A stretch of 64,000 nt of DNA from positions 17,204 to 81,203 of the forward strand of contig CANEVP010000003.1 of assembly GCA_947442475.1 (NCBI GenBank). The letters run 5' to 3'. Of this stretch, positions 50,628 through 61,293 are shown in pieces. The stretch is from Rickettsiales bacterium. Its GTDB lineage: Bacteria; Pseudomonadota; Alphaproteobacteria; Rickettsiales; UBA1997. The first letter of the stretch is position 1; every line of letters starts with the position of its first letter. Made by a program: the position numbers and the translations under genes. The notes beneath the pieces are model-generated. The model made no database searches. It had not been told where the DNA came from and saw only the letters and a program-made list of their open reading frames with translations.

Positions 50628-50879
50628 ATGAAGCAAAGGATCGAAGAGAAGTTGAAAAAAAATCTTCAGCCAAAATTTTTAGAAGTGAAAAATAATTCAC
50701 ATCTTCATTTTGGACATTTGGGCGATGACGGAAGTGGTGAAACCCATTTTGCGATTGTGATCGAGTCTGATGAATTGAAGGATTTAAGTGTGGTGAATGC
50801 GCATCGCAAAATTAACTCACTTTTAAAAGATGAGTTTGTATGGGGGATGCATGCTTTGGAGATTATGGTGAAGAAATGA
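50628..50879 (+). CDS. bolA: BolA-family protein
   Basis: SHLH.GH, ETHF, HR.I..LL.DE...MHAL. Confidence 0.92.
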   Translation: MKQRIEEKLKKNLQPKFLEVKNNSHLHFGHLGDDGSGETHFAIVIESDELKDLSVVNAHRKINSLLKDEFVWGMHALEIMVKK

Positions 50880-50901
50880 AATAGGTAGAATTCTTGAATA
50901 C

Positions 50902-50940
50902 CGCCCCCAACTCCTACTTTTTAAGAAGGGGTTGGGGGTG
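50902..50940. terminator. Hairpin between convergent bolA and clpX
   Basis: CCGCCCCCAACTCC..GGGGTTGGGGGTG. Confidence 0.55.
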
Positions 50941-50966
50941 ATTATTCGCGGATAAAATATTAAGAC

Positions 50967-52274
50967 TTAAGCAACCTTCTCTTTCTGAGGAACAATCGTA
51001 ATTATCTTTTTGCCTTCTCTTTCTGCAATTTCCTTCTCACTTAAGTGAGTAATCTTCAAAGGTTTTCCATCGGTCAGAACTTCTTTTGTCACTGTCGCAG
51101 TTTTAATATTTTTTTCAGAAGGCGCTTCAAACATCACGTCCAATAAAATATTTTCTGCAATGGCGCGAAGACCACGGGCACCAGTTTTGCACTCGATAGC
51201 TTTTTTCGCGATTTCTTTCAAAGCTTCGTCTTCAAAGTTCAATTCGATTTTATCTAACTCGAAAAGTTTTTTATATTGCTTCACGATTGAGTTTTTTGGT
51301 TCAGATAAAACTCTGGTCAAATCTTCTTCAGTTAAACCTTCAAGAGGTGCCACAACCGGAAGTCTGCCGACGATTTCTGGAATCAAACCAAATTTAATCA
51401 AATCATCAGGCTCAACTTGGTTGAAAATATCTTTACGAGCATTTTCGTCTTTTGAGCGAACATCAGCACCAAAGCCAATGCTAGAGCCTTTGCCGCGAGC
51501 AATGATAACTTTTTCTAAACCAGAAAAAGCACCAGCGCAAATGAATAAGATATTGCGCGTGTCAACTTGCACATATTCTTGCTGAGTGGTTTTTCTACCA
51601 GGTTGAGTTGGAACTGAAGCAACAGTGCCTTCAATAATTTTCAACAAACCTTGTTGCACGCCTTCACCAGAAATATCGCGGCGAGTATTGTCTTCAGATT
51701 TGCGCGCGATTTTATCGATTTCATCAATGTAAATGATGCCGCGCTGAGTTTTTTCAATGTCGTAATTAGCAGATTGCAACAGTCGTGAAATAATATTTTC
51801 CACGTCATCACCAACGTAACCAGCTTCAGTTAAAGAAGTAGCGTCAGCCATGGTGAAAGGCACATCGAGAATTTTTGCTAAAGTTTGCGCAAGTAGAGTT
51901 TTACCACAACCAGTGGGCCCAATCATTAGAATGTTCGACTTGCTGAGTTCAACGCTTTCAGTAGTTGATCCAGAAATTGAATCAATGCGCTTGTAGTGAT
52001 TGTAAACCGCAACCGACAAAACTTTTTTAGCATGTTTTTGTCCAACCACATACTCATCCAAAATTTTGATGATGTCTTTTGGGGTTGGTTTGCTGCCGTC
52101 GGTTTTTTGAAGAGGCGATTTTTTTTGTTCTTCGCGCAAAATTTCCATGCCAACGCCGATACATTCATTGCAAATTAAAGCAGTTGGGCCGGCGACTAGT
52201 TTCTTTACTTCATTTTGGTTTTTGCCGCAAAAAGAGCAGGATAATTCTTTTTCATCGTCGTGTTTTTTAACCAT
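50967..52274 (-). CDS. clpX: ATP-dependent Clp protease ATPase subunit
   Basis: CSFC zinc-binding domain, [16 protein letters not shown] loop. Confidence 0.98.
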   Translation of the reverse strand: MVKKHDDEKELSCSFCGKNQNEVKKLVAGPTALICNECIGVGMEILREEQKKSPLQKTDGSKPTPKDIIKILDEYVVGQKHAKKVLSVAVYNHYKRIDSISGSTTESVELSKSNILMIGPTGCGKTLLAQTLAKILDVPFTMADATSLTEAGYVGDDVENIISRLLQSANYDIEKTQRGIIYIDEIDKIARKSEDNTRRDISGEGVQQGLLKIIEGTVASVPTQPGRKTTQQEYVQVDTRNILFICAGAFSGLEKVIIARGKGSSIGFGADVRSKDENARKDIFNQVEPDDLIKFGLIPEIVGRLPVVAPLEGLTEEDLTRVLSEPKNSIVKQYKKLFELDKIELNFEDEALKEIAKKAIECKTGARGLRAIAENILLDVMFEAPSEKNIKTATVTKEVLTDGKPLKITHLSEKEIAEREGKKIITIVPQKEKVA

Positions 52275-52283
52275 AAAATAATT

Positions 52284-52913
52284 TTAATTTTGTTGTGTTT
52301 GCTCAGGTCTTTTGTCGATTACTTGATCGATCAAGCCAAATTCTTTTGCTTTTTCCGGTGACATAAAATTGTCGCGTTCCATTGATTTTTCAACAACAGC
52401 AAGCTTTTGTCCAGTGTGCTTAACGTAGATTTCATTTAATCTTCTTTTTAAGCTCAGGGTTTCTTGAGCGTGAATTTCGATGTCAGTTGCCTGCCCCTGA
52501 TACCCGCCAGAAGGCTGGTGAATCATGATGCGCGAGTTTGGTAAGCAAAATCTTTTTCCGGCAGCCCCCGCAGTTAAAAGCAATGAACCCATTGAAGCAG
52601 CTTGACCTATACAAAGAGTTGCAACGTCTGGACGTATATACTGCATGGTGTCATACATGGCAAGACCTGACGTCACAATGCCGCCGGGAGAATTAATGTA
52701 AAAATAAATGTCTTTTTTTGGATCTTCTGATTCCAAAAAAAGCAACTGAGCAACAATCAAAGATGAAACTTGGTCATTAACCGGGCCAGATAAAAAGATG
52801 ATGCGCTCTTTCAAAAGTCTTGAGTAAATATCAAAAGATCTTTCGCCTTTGGCGGTTTGTTCAACAACCATTGGCACCAAGTAATTAGCTTGGTCGAGAA
52901 TTCTATCTTGCAT
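52284..52913 (-). CDS. clpP: Clp protease proteolytic subunit
   Basis: DIYSRLL, INSPGG, AASMG, IHQP. Confidence 0.98.
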   Translation of the reverse strand: MQDRILDQANYLVPMVVEQTAKGERSFDIYSRLLKERIIFLSGPVNDQVSSLIVAQLLFLESEDPKKDIYFYINSPGGIVTSGLAMYDTMQYIRPDVATLCIGQAASMGSLLLTAGAAGKRFCLPNSRIMIHQPSGGYQGQATDIEIHAQETLSLKRRLNEIYVKHTGQKLAVVEKSMERDNFMSPEKAKEFGLIDQVIDKRPEQTQQN

Positions 52914-53046
52914 GAGAGGGAGATGTTTATTTGGGGGAAATTTATGGGCGCAAATTAGAAAGCAGAAAATTTAAAGCAACCCTATTGAAACTTGTTTGGA
53001 GCTGCATATCTTGCGCGCCTTACTTTAAAAAATTTTTAGGAGAAAA

Positions 53047-53577
53047 ATGGAAGAAAATAGCCGTCCGCAAGAAGATCAATCAACAGAAAACCCAGTAACG
53101 CCTGAGGCAAAAATTGCTGAACTCGAACAAAAATTAAGCGAGTCTAACGAGAAAATTTTGCGCGCTTTGGCCGAAGTTGAAAATGTGCGTCGCAGATCGC
53201 GTGAAGAAATTGATAAGGCGGGAAAGTTCGCTATTTCTAGCTTTGCGGGTGATTTGGTTTTGGTGGTTGAGAATTTTTTTCTAGCTAGCGGCAATGCACC
53301 AAAAGAAGAAATTGAAAAAATTCCGGCGATCAAAAATTACGCCGACGCAGTTTCAATGACGGAAAAAGAACTGATGAAAGTTTTGGAAAAAAATCAGATC
53401 AAAAGAATTTTTCCACTTAACGAAAAATTTAATCACAATTTTCACGAAGCCTTGGTGCAAGTGGAAAGCGAAGCTGAAGAAGGAAATGTGGTGCAAGTTA
53501 TTCAAGCCGGATATTCGATTGCCGATCGCCTAATTCGCCCAGCACTTGTTGGCGTTGCAAAGCCGAAAGCGGAATAA
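53047..53577 (+). CDS. grpE: Nucleotide exchange factor GrpE
   Basis: LRALAEVENVRRR, FNHNFHEAL, GY...RLIRPA.V. Confidence 0.95.
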   Translation: MEENSRPQEDQSTENPVTPEAKIAELEQKLSESNEKILRALAEVENVRRRSREEIDKAGKFAISSFAGDLVLVVENFFLASGNAPKEEIEKIPAIKNYADAVSMTEKELMKVLEKNQIKRIFPLNEKFNHNFHEALVQVESEAEEGNVVQVIQAGYSIADRLIRPALVGVAKPKAE

Positions 53578-55230
53578 AAAAATCAGCGGCTTGAAAGGAA
53601 AGAAGCTAAACTTCTTGCCGCTGAGCAAAGTTAAATTATCTCCCAAAGCCGTGATATTACATGTGCCGTGGGGCCATGGCCCAAGCTGATCTGGGAAGAT
53701 TTCCATCTCTTTGTTCTCAGCGTAAACTTCCGGCGTCAAAGAGCCGATTCGATTAAGCCAAACAGAGCCGTCGGAATTTTTCGAAGGCCTAAAACTGGTG
53801 CCGTGATAGGTAAAAATATTCCCCGCCGCGTGGCTTGATCCAACATCGAGAATAGTTGGGCTATTTGGATGAGTTTCCCATTTTCCGCTAAGCAAATTAT
53901 CGCTAGATACCAAATGCAGTTCATTATTTTTGCTTTCGCTTTTAGCAAAAAATAACCACCATTTTTCATTATGCTTGGTGATTGAGGGGTGGTTGATTTT
54001 TAGATTTTTGGGCAAATCCAAAATTCTCTCAAAACCAAGGCCATCATTGATTTTGCAAAGAGATATTTGTGAGGTTTTGTGATTTTTAACTAAGGTAAAA
54101 TTCTGATCAAAAATTTGTAAAAGATCGTGGTCGCGCAGAACTTCTTTCTCATAAATTATTTCTAATTTTTCATTGAGCTGCAAATTGCAGATTTTCATTT
54201 CGCCGGTGATTAGATTTTTTCTTTCGGCAAAAATATTTTTCTCGCCAGTGGCGCCAATAAATCCGGTTGGATTTCTGTAAGAAATTGCAAATTTTGAACG
54301 CTTGACCCAGTTAATTTTGCGATTGGGAAGATTCAAAAATTCACCAATTAAACAGTTTGAAATTCCGATATTATAAATTTCAAAATAGAAAAATTTACGG
54401 ATAAAATTCTGGACAAGTTTGACTAATTTTACTCGCGCCGAATTGCTTCGACTGCCCCGCAAATAAGAGTGAAATGAGCAGTAATGATATTTTAACCTTC
54501 CGCGATATTTCTTGATGTTGATATCGGAAGTATTTTTAAAACTAAGCTTTCGGACGCGGATTTTTTCTTTGTGGTAAATCAGCAAAAAATTGAAATAAAT
54601 TTGATATTCTGAAGCTGAGTGGATGGTGTCGGCGAGTTTAAGAAAAATTTTGTAAAATGGCTCATCGCCGCCGTGATGTTTTTCAACCTTGGCAAAAAGA
54701 TCGCGCAAAATCTCGCGATTAAAAATCATCATGTGACTAATGCCGGAAACATTCTGAAATTCAGTGGGCAAATTTTTTAGCGCTAATTCCGGCAAGATTT
54801 TTGCGGTGTGTGCCGCAACTCTTTGGTCAAAGTCGGAACGATTAGGATTATCGTCGCGGGTCACATTAAAAAGGGCTCTACCTTCTTTATCGAGCATTTT
54901 GACCTGGCGAAAAAAAACCGTGTCGCTATCGAGAACCAAAACATTTTCACTGATGTCTGGAATTACCAGAGGCGCATAAAATTTGAGCAGTTGCTGATAA
55001 TACCAGCCGTAAGTGCTGCCAATTATTTCTTGAATCGACTCAATCGAAAATGGAAAAAGTTTTTCATCAAACCATTCAGCATTTTCGCTGTAGCGCTCTC
55101 TTGAAATCACAATAACGCGAGCAGCGCCAACAACTTTTTCTTTGGCAGCGGCGATGCAATATTCAAGAATTTGTAGATCTTTTTTATGAGTGGGGATGAT
55201 GATGTCGATTGAGTCTAGTGGTTTTTTCAT
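53530..55230 (-). CDS. Glycosyltransferase-like N-domain fused to a beta-propeller/GH43-like C-domain
   Basis: IDIIIP, GWYYQQLLKF, LDSD (DXD), SEYQIYFNF; C-terminal W.LF / WETHPNSP repeats. Confidence 0.6.
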   Translation of the reverse strand: MKKPLDSIDIIIPTHKKDLQILEYCIAAAKEKVVGAARVIVISRERYSENAEWFDEKLFPFSIESIQEIIGSTYGWYYQQLLKFYAPLVIPDISENVLVLDSDTVFFRQVKMLDKEGRALFNVTRDDNPNRSDFDQRVAAHTAKILPELALKNLPTEFQNVSGISHMMIFNREILRDLFAKVEKHHGGDEPFYKIFLKLADTIHSASEYQIYFNFLLIYHKEKIRVRKLSFKNTSDINIKKYRGRLKYHYCSFHSYLRGSRSNSARVKLVKLVQNFIRKFFYFEIYNIGISNCLIGEFLNLPNRKINWVKRSKFAISYRNPTGFIGATGEKNIFAERKNLITGEMKICNLQLNEKLEIIYEKEVLRDHDLLQIFDQNFTLVKNHKTSQISLCKINDGLGFERILDLPKNLKINHPSITKHNEKWWLFFAKSESKNNELHLVSSDNLLSGKWETHPNSPTILDVGSSHAAGNIFTYHGTSFRPSKNSDGSVWLNRIGSLTPEVYAENKEMEIFPDQLGPWPHGTCNITALGDNLTLLSGKKFSFFPFKPLIFLFRFRLCNANKCWAN

Positions 55231-55406
55231 GGGAATTCGTGCGAATTGAAAGGGCGAAAGCGCGCAGAATTGTTATCCGAAATAAAAATGGAATCTTATT
55301 TGTCGGGTAAATTTTTCTTGCAAAACCCCAAGCCCTTCATAAGTTTCCCGCCCCTTTTGTTAAAATCTTCCTTAAATAAGAAAATCCAAACAATTGTTAG
55401 AATATT

Positions 55407-55490
55407 CGGGATCATAGCTCAGCCCGTGTCTGCGCAAGCAGCACAGAAACATCACTACAAACTGAGCTGTGTCGCGAATTTAGTTTGCAC
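55407..55490 (+). other. Structured leader containing a copy of the tRNA 5' end
   Basis: CGGGATCATAGCTCAG at 55407-55422 is repeated at 55490-55505; complementary CTGAGCTGTGTCGCGAAT at 55462-55479. Confidence 0.7.
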
Positions 55491-55567
55491 GGGATCATAG
55501 CTCAGTTGGTTAGAGCAGGATGCTCATAACGTCTTGGTCATAGGTTCGAGTCCTATTGATCCCACCA
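55491..55567 (+). tRNA. tRNA with CAT anticodon (Ile2 more likely than elongator Met)
   Basis: 77-nt cloverleaf, loop CTCATAA, GTTCGAGT T-loop, 3' CCA. Confidence 0.92.
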
Positions 55568-55658
55568 GCCTTCGCTCTTAAGAGCTTCGACTGGCAGGCC
55601 AGCTTTCTTTGTAAAATGAGGAGGCGCTTGCCCGCCATAGCTTTAGAGACGGCGGGGG
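55568..55658. repeat. REP-like structured element downstream of the tRNA
   Basis: GCCTTCGCTCTTAAGAGCTTCGACTGGCAGGCCAG ... GCCCGCCATAGCTTTAGAGACGGCGGG nested hairpins. Confidence 0.45.
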
Positions 55659-55783
55659 CTTTTCGAGTTCAGCGTCTTGCTGAAACTCTCGGTTGCGACC
55701 CTTAAAAGTCTGTGGCCTCTGGTTCTTGGGTTAAGGCTTTCTACCCTTGGACTGAGCTTAATAATCTTAAATGAGAAAATGAT

Positions 55784-55987
55784 ATGCCAAAAATGAAAAC
55801 AAACAGTAGCGCCAAGAAGCGATTCAAGGTTAGCGGCACTGGGAAAATCCTTCACAAGCAGGCTGGAAAACGACACAACTTGGGCAAAAAAAGCCAAAGT
55901 CGTATCAGAAAATTGCGTAACCAAGCAGTTCTTTCGCCCGGCCATTCAGCTAGCGTTTTGAAATTCAAAATGCCTTACAGCCGATAA
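55784..55987 (+). CDS. rpmI: 50S ribosomal protein L35
   Basis: [21 protein letters not shown]. Confidence 0.98.
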   Translation: MPKMKTNSSAKKRFKVSGTGKILHKQAGKRHNLGKKSQSRIRKLRNQAVLSPGHSASVLKFKMPYSR

Positions 55988-56012
55988 TTAAAATATTTAA
56001 AAGGAGTTCCTA

Positions 56013-56372
56013 ATGAGTCGTGTAAAAAGAGGCGTTACTAAAAGAGCCAGACACAAGAAAATTCTAAAGATGGCAAAAGGCTATCGTGGCCGCGCTAAAA
56101 ACTGTTACCGTATTGCAATCGAAAAAGTTGAAAAAGCTTTGCAATATGCTTATCGCGATCGTCGTGTTAAAAAAAGAGACTTCCGTGCTCTTTGGATCCA
56201 GCGCATCAACGCAGCTGTGCGTGAGCAAGGTTTGATCTATTCAAAATTCATTAGCGGTTTGAAAAACGCTAATATCGATTTGGATCGTAAAGTTCTTTCT
56301 GATCTTGCAATTCGCGAGCCAGAAACTTTCGCTAAAATCGTTGAAAAAGCTAAAGCCGCTTTAAAAGCTTAG
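56013..56372 (+). CDS. rplT: 50S ribosomal protein L20
   Basis: [24 protein letters not shown]. Confidence 0.99.
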   Translation: MSRVKRGVTKRARHKKILKMAKGYRGRAKNCYRIAIEKVEKALQYAYRDRRVKKRDFRALWIQRINAAVREQGLIYSKFISGLKNANIDLDRKVLSDLAIREPETFAKIVEKAKAALKA

Positions 56373-56427
56373 TTCTTCTACAAGTAAGGGCGGGAGCTTT
56401 CTTCCGCCCAAACCTCCTCCCTCCCAA

Positions 56428-56883
56428 ATGAAACTCTACAGCGCCCTCATCAAAAAAAATAAAGAAGGAAAAATCGCAGACATCGTCTTGCTCAAAGAAG
56501 GTTTTTCGTTCTTTGCATTTTTATTCGGGCCCTTCTGGTTCTTGTATCACAAGATGTGGCAAGAATTTCTGCTGCTGCTTGCCGTCAACATCGCCTTTGC
56601 AATTTTTGCTGAAATCACATCAAGCGGCGATAAAATTTTCTTAGAAATTGCGCTAGCTTTCGCCGTTGCGCTAAACGCCACCCACTGGTTTTGTGAGCAT
56701 TTAAAGAAAAGAAATTACGAATTTATTGGGTTGATTTTTGGTTCAAATTTTGCCAATGCCAAATTGCGTTTTGTACAAAATTTATCGGCTGACATCAGTG
56801 CTTTTGATGACTCAATTTTAAACCCCAAACTTCACCGCAAAATGATGAAATTGCAAAATCCCAAAAAGCGGTTCTTTGCATGA
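56428..56883 (+). CDS. DUF2628-like membrane protein
   Basis: KEGFSFFAFLFGPFWFLYHKMW. Confidence 0.75.
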   Translation: MKLYSALIKKNKEGKIADIVLLKEGFSFFAFLFGPFWFLYHKMWQEFLLLLAVNIAFAIFAEITSSGDKIFLEIALAFAVALNATHWFCEHLKKRNYEFIGLIFGSNFANAKLRFVQNLSADISAFDDSILNPKLHRKMMKLQNPKKRFFA

Positions 56884-57506
56884 AAACAGTAATAATTGAT
56901 TACGGTGCCGGCAATGTTGAGTCGGTTGTAAACGCTCTGCGTTTGGTTTGCGGCAGTAATGAAATTTTCGTCTCAAATAAAATTTCCGACATTAGGTCGG
57001 CAAATCATTTAATCCTTCCAGGAGTTGGCGCTTTTGGCGATTGCATGGCTGGCTTAAAATCAATCGAAGGCTTAATTCCTGAAATCAGAAAACAAGTTTT
57101 GTTCGAGAAAAAACCATTCCTTGGAATTTGTGTTGGCATGCAAGTATTGGCCTCAGCTGGTCACGAAAATGGCGAGCATCAAGGTCTTGGCTTTATCACT
57201 GGCAAAGTTGAAAAAATCGCTGCTTACGAAGGTTTAAAAATTCCGCACATGGGCTGGAATGAAATCATTTTAAAAACCGAGCACCCAGTTTTAAAAAACA
57301 TCAAAGACGGCGAGCATTTTTATTTTGCTAATTCCTACCACTTCATTTGCCAAAATGAGCATAATGTTTTAGCGCAGGTGGAATATGGTTCGAAAATGAG
57401 CGTGGTGATTGCCAAAGATAATATTTTTGGCGCGCAGTTTCACCCTGAAAAAAGTGGCGAGGCTGGATTAAAATTGCTCAAAAATTTTCTTAACTGGCGT
57501 CCGTAA
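56880..57506 (+). CDS. hisH: Imidazole glycerol phosphate synthase, glutaminase subunit
   Basis: IDYGAGN, LPGVGAF, GICVGMQ, PHMGWN, QFHPEKS. Confidence 0.96.
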   Translation: MKTVIIDYGAGNVESVVNALRLVCGSNEIFVSNKISDIRSANHLILPGVGAFGDCMAGLKSIEGLIPEIRKQVLFEKKPFLGICVGMQVLASAGHENGEHQGLGFITGKVEKIAAYEGLKIPHMGWNEIILKTEHPVLKNIKDGEHFYFANSYHFICQNEHNVLAQVEYGSKMSVVIAKDNIFGAQFHPEKSGEAGLKLLKNFLNWRP

Positions 57507-57510
57507 AGCT

Positions 57511-57547
57511 TCGATGTCATCCTTCGACAAGCTCAGGATGACATCGA
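57511..57547. repeat. REP-like palindrome
   Basis: TCGATGTCATCCT-TCGACAAGCTC-AGGATGACATCGA (13-bp arms). Confidence 0.7.
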
Positions 57548-57566
57548 GTATAATTCTTTTTGTCCC

Positions 57567-58574
57567 ATGAAAATCTCTCGCTTCATGTCTGAGGTCTTAT
57601 TTAATCAGGCTTCCGGCTATTACCGCACCAAAAATCCTATCGGAAAAAACTCTGACTTTATCACGGCCCCTGAAATTTCTCAGACTTTTGGCGAACTTCT
57701 CGCGGTCTATTTCTTACAAATTGCTTCTACCAAAAAATCCAAAATCGCTTTCGTTGAAATGGGCGCTGGAAAAGGCACTTTGTTTTTTGACATCCTAAAT
57801 TCGATCAAAAAGCTCGCCGCAAAAAACATCCCCGAAGCTCTTGATTTTCTTGAGCGCATCACTTTTCACATTGTCGAAATTGGCGAAGTTTTGCGTGAAG
57901 TGCAGCAAAAAAATCTCGCAGAATTTCCGGTTACGTGGCATGAAAATTTTGAAAATTTTTTAGCGCAAAATCAAAGCCAAGAAATTTTTTTTCTAAGCAA
58001 CGAGCTTTTTGACTGCTTTCCCATCGATCAATTTGTGCTGACAGAAATTGGCTGGCGCGAGAGAATTTTTAGCGGCAAAGATTTTGCGCTCGCGCCTTTT
58101 AACAAAGAAATTCATAATTTTGTTGAAAAAGAAATTGCTGCTCTCGCCCCAATCGGCGCGGTTTTTGAGCATAGTGCGGCGGCTAGAAATTTTATGGCTC
58201 AGCTTTGTAAGGCCTTAAAGAAACAAGGAGGCATCGCCATTAACATCGATTACGGCTACATCAAAAACGAATTTGCCAACACGCTGCAGGCGCTAAAAAA
58301 TCACCAGAAATGCAGCCCGCTAGAAAATGTCGGCGAGGCTGATATAACGGCTCTGGTTGATTTTGCGGCGCTGGAGCAAATCACTAAAAATCACGGTTTA
58401 AATTCTTCTCTAATCACGCAGGCGCAATTTTTACAGGGCCTTGGCATCGAAGAGCGCCGCAAACAATTGCTGATAAAAAATCCTGAAAAAAGCTCGGAAA
58501 TCAATTCCGCTATTGACCGTTTGATTGGCGCAGATCAAATGGGCGACCTCTTCAAATGCCTCATCATCTGGTAA
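57567..58574 (+). CDS. SAM-dependent methyltransferase, MidA/NDUFAF7 family
   Basis: [34 protein letters not shown]. Confidence 0.92.
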   Translation: MKISRFMSEVLFNQASGYYRTKNPIGKNSDFITAPEISQTFGELLAVYFLQIASTKKSKIAFVEMGAGKGTLFFDILNSIKKLAAKNIPEALDFLERITFHIVEIGEVLREVQQKNLAEFPVTWHENFENFLAQNQSQEIFFLSNELFDCFPIDQFVLTEIGWRERIFSGKDFALAPFNKEIHNFVEKEIAALAPIGAVFEHSAAARNFMAQLCKALKKQGGIAINIDYGYIKNEFANTLQALKNHQKCSPLENVGEADITALVDFAALEQITKNHGLNSSLITQAQFLQGLGIEERRKQLLIKNPEKSSEINSAIDRLIGADQMGDLFKCLIIW

Positions 58575-58578
58575 AATA

Positions 58579-59574
58579 ATGAAAGAAATTAACGAAATAC
58601 AAACTAGCGAGACTCTTGCTGTTTCTTACGATTTTGGTGAACGTCACGATTTTCAAATCGAAGAAATCTTGGCGCTTTTTGCTTTGCCTTTTGGCGATTT
58701 GATTTTCAAAGCCGCCGAAATTCACCGCAAATTTCACGATCCAAACAAAGTTCAAATTAGCACTTTGCTTAGCATTAAAACCGGCTCTTGCCCGGAAAAT
58801 TGCAAATATTGTCCGCAATCAGCGCACTACAATACGGGCCTTGAAAAAGAATCTTTGATGGAAATGTCAAAAATTTTAGAAGCGGCAAATACGGCGAAAG
58901 ACGCGGGCGCTTCAAGGTTTTGCATGGGCGCGGCTTGGAGAAATTTGCATGATCGCGACGTTGAAAAAATTTGCGCCATTGTTGACGAAGTTAAAAAAAC
59001 CGGTCTGGAAACTTGTATGACGCTGGGCATGTTAACCGATGCGCAAAGCAAGAAACTAAAGGAAGCGGGCCTTGATTACTACAATCACAACATCGACACC
59101 TCGCCAGAATTTTATTCAGAAATTATCACCACCAGAACTTTTGAAGATCGCCTAAACACCATTAAAAATGTCCGTGACGCTGGCTTAAATGTTTGCGCTG
59201 GCGGCATTGTTGGCATGGGAGAAAAGTTGGAAGATCGTGCTAAAATGTTAATTATTTTGGCAAATTTGCCGCAGCATCCGCAGTCTGTGCCAATCAACAT
59301 GTTGGTAAAAGTTGCTGGCACGCCAATGGATAAAATCGAAGAGCTCGATCAATTCGAATTCATTCGCACCATTGCAGTTGCCAGAATCATGATGCCGAAG
59401 TCTGTGGTGCGTTTGTCGGCGGGTCGTGAAAACATGAATGAACAAACTCAGGCTTTGTGTTTCTTGGCGGGAGCCAACTCAATTTTCTACGGCGAAAAAT
59501 TGCTAACCACCTCAAACCCAGAAATGGAAAGGGATAAAAAATTATTTGAAAAATTGGGGATTGTGGGGAGATAG
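58579..59574 (+). CDS. bioB: Biotin synthase
   Basis: [33 protein letters not shown] at 58579. Confidence 0.97.
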   Translation: MKEINEIQTSETLAVSYDFGERHDFQIEEILALFALPFGDLIFKAAEIHRKFHDPNKVQISTLLSIKTGSCPENCKYCPQSAHYNTGLEKESLMEMSKILEAANTAKDAGASRFCMGAAWRNLHDRDVEKICAIVDEVKKTGLETCMTLGMLTDAQSKKLKEAGLDYYNHNIDTSPEFYSEIITTRTFEDRLNTIKNVRDAGLNVCAGGIVGMGEKLEDRAKMLIILANLPQHPQSVPINMLVKVAGTPMDKIEELDQFEFIRTIAVARIMMPKSVVRLSAGRENMNEQTQALCFLAGANSIFYGEKLLTTSNPEMERDKKLFEKLGIVGR

Positions 59575-59657
59575 TTTTTTCTTTAAAAATGATCGGCAAA
59601 ACCTAAGTTGACAGAAGAAGAAAATTTTAAAAAAACGCCAAGAAACAAACTGCAAAA

Positions 59658-60176
59658 ATGACAAAAAATTTAAAACAAGATAAAGACAAGGTATCCTATT
59701 TTCGTCTAAGAAACGCTACTCTGGCAGTGTTTATTGGATTTTTAATCAAAGCGATTTACGACATGCTTTGGGCAAAAGATTTGGTTTTGAATCTGTCAAA
59801 AGCGACGGCCTTGATTTCAAATGAAAATATTGTGGATGCGATTTCGTTTGCCAATCAGGTTGGTAGGCTTGATTTGGTTTCTTTGCTGTTGGCGCTTTTG
59901 GGAATAATTTTGGGGTTTGGTGCGATTGCAGGTTTTATGCACATTAAAGAAACTTCTGAAGCGATAGCGGAAAGAGAGGCCAAGAAATGGTTAAGCAAAA
60001 AAGAAGTTAAAGCTATTTTTCATGAATGGATAACTGACAACAAAGAAGATTTTGAACGTATGATAAAGTCTGTTGTTCAAGATAAAATTGAGGAAATGGG
60101 TGAAAAAAATTCCCCGAGTACTGATCCAACAACCAACGATAGAGAACTGGCGGAAATGCCGCAAAAGGAGGACTAA
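59658..60176 (+). CDS. Hypothetical 2-TM membrane protein
   Basis: Two hydrophobic segments then a charged tail; TAATG overlap with the next gene. Confidence 0.7.
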   Translation: MTKNLKQDKDKVSYFRLRNATLAVFIGFLIKAIYDMLWAKDLVLNLSKATALISNENIVDAISFANQVGRLDLVSLLLALLGIILGFGAIAGFMHIKETSEAIAEREAKKWLSKKEVKAIFHEWITDNKEDFERMIKSVVQDKIEEMGEKNSPSTDPTTNDRELAEMPQKED

Positions 60177-60724
60177 TGAAAAAAGAGCAAAAAAATAAAC
60201 TGGAATATTCTTTAGATGACTTGTTGACAAGCATCCCAATAAATATCGAAGCGCTAATCCGTGCTCATGGTCTAGAGCTTAACAAAAATGCTGATTTAGA
60301 AGACGGTGTTCTTGGGGAGTTGAGATATGAAAATGGTAACTTCAAAGTTTCGGTCAAAAAGACCGATCACTATTATAGAAAGCGCTTCACCATGGCGCAC
60401 GAACTTGCTCATTTTGTTCTACACAAAGATATAATCTCTGGCGATGTAATCAGAGATTACGATCCGGAGGTAAGCAATAATGGCAGTTATATAAATAGAG
60501 AGGTTGGGGTTTCTAATGAACAAGAGTTCGAGGCGAATTTGTATGCCGCAAAACTTCTGATGCCAGAGGATCTTGTGGTGGATTATGCAAAAGAAAGAGG
60601 TGTTTTTGTTGATGGTAACATTGATGAAGAGGCTCTAAAAGAAATTGCAATGGCTTTCCAAGTTTCCAAAGATGCAATGAGAATAAGAATAAGCGGCCTA
60701 AGACAAAAAATTCAAACCAACTAA
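60176..60724 (+). CDS. ImmA/IrrE-family metallo-endopeptidase
   Basis: RKRFTMAHELAHFVLH, EFEANLYAAKLLMP, AFQVS..AM.IR. Confidence 0.92.
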   Translation: MKKEQKNKLEYSLDDLLTSIPINIEALIRAHGLELNKNADLEDGVLGELRYENGNFKVSVKKTDHYYRKRFTMAHELAHFVLHKDIISGDVIRDYDPEVSNNGSYINREVGVSNEQEFEANLYAAKLLMPEDLVVDYAKERGVFVDGNIDEEALKEIAMAFQVSKDAMRIRISGLRQKIQTN

Positions 60725-60736
60725 AACGGAGCAATC

Positions 60737-61201
60737 ATGTCAAACATCGAAGCAAAATTAACTTCACTTGGAATCACTCTGCCAACCCCGGCAGCGCCAG
60801 TTGCCAACTATGTCGGATTTGTAAAATCGGGCAATCAAGTTTTTATTTCAGGGCAGTTGCCTTTTGAAGCGGGCAAGTTGCAATTTGTGGGAAAAGTTGG
60901 TGCGGAAATTTCTCCGGAAGATGCCAAAAAAGCGGCTCGTCTTTGTGCGATTGGAATTTTGGCGCAATTAAAAGTTGCCTGCGAAGGTGATTTGGAGCTC
61001 GTGGTAAAATGCGTGAAGTTGGGAATTTTTGTTAATGGTGTTGCTGATTTCAAAGATCATCCCATGGTTGCCAATGGCGCTTCAGATTTGATGGTTGAAG
61101 TTTTGGGTGATGCTGGAAAGCACGCGCGCGCCGCGGTTGGATCGGGTTCTTTGCCTTTTGGCGTTTCGGTGGAAGTTGATGCGATTTTTGAGATTAAATA
61201 G
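60737..61201 (+). CDS. RidA/YjgF-family protein
   Basis: PVANYV, ISGQLP, ANGASDL, HARAAVG. Confidence 0.92.
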   Translation: MSNIEAKLTSLGITLPTPAAPVANYVGFVKSGNQVFISGQLPFEAGKLQFVGKVGAEISPEDAKKAARLCAIGILAQLKVACEGDLELVVKCVKLGIFVNGVADFKDHPMVANGASDLMVEVLGDAGKHARAAVGSGSLPFGVSVEVDAIFEIK

Positions 61202-61214
61202 GTTTTAAAATATG

Positions 61215-61256
61215 AAAAAGGCGGCAGCTTTCTTCGCAAAGTTGCCGCCTTTTTTT
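61215..61256 (+). terminator. Rho-independent terminator
   Basis: AAAAAGGCGGCAGCTTT..AAAGTTGCCGCCTTTTTTT. Confidence 0.85.
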
Positions 61257-61293
61257 GCGCCCAAACTTCTCTCAACCAAAATTAATTTTAAAA

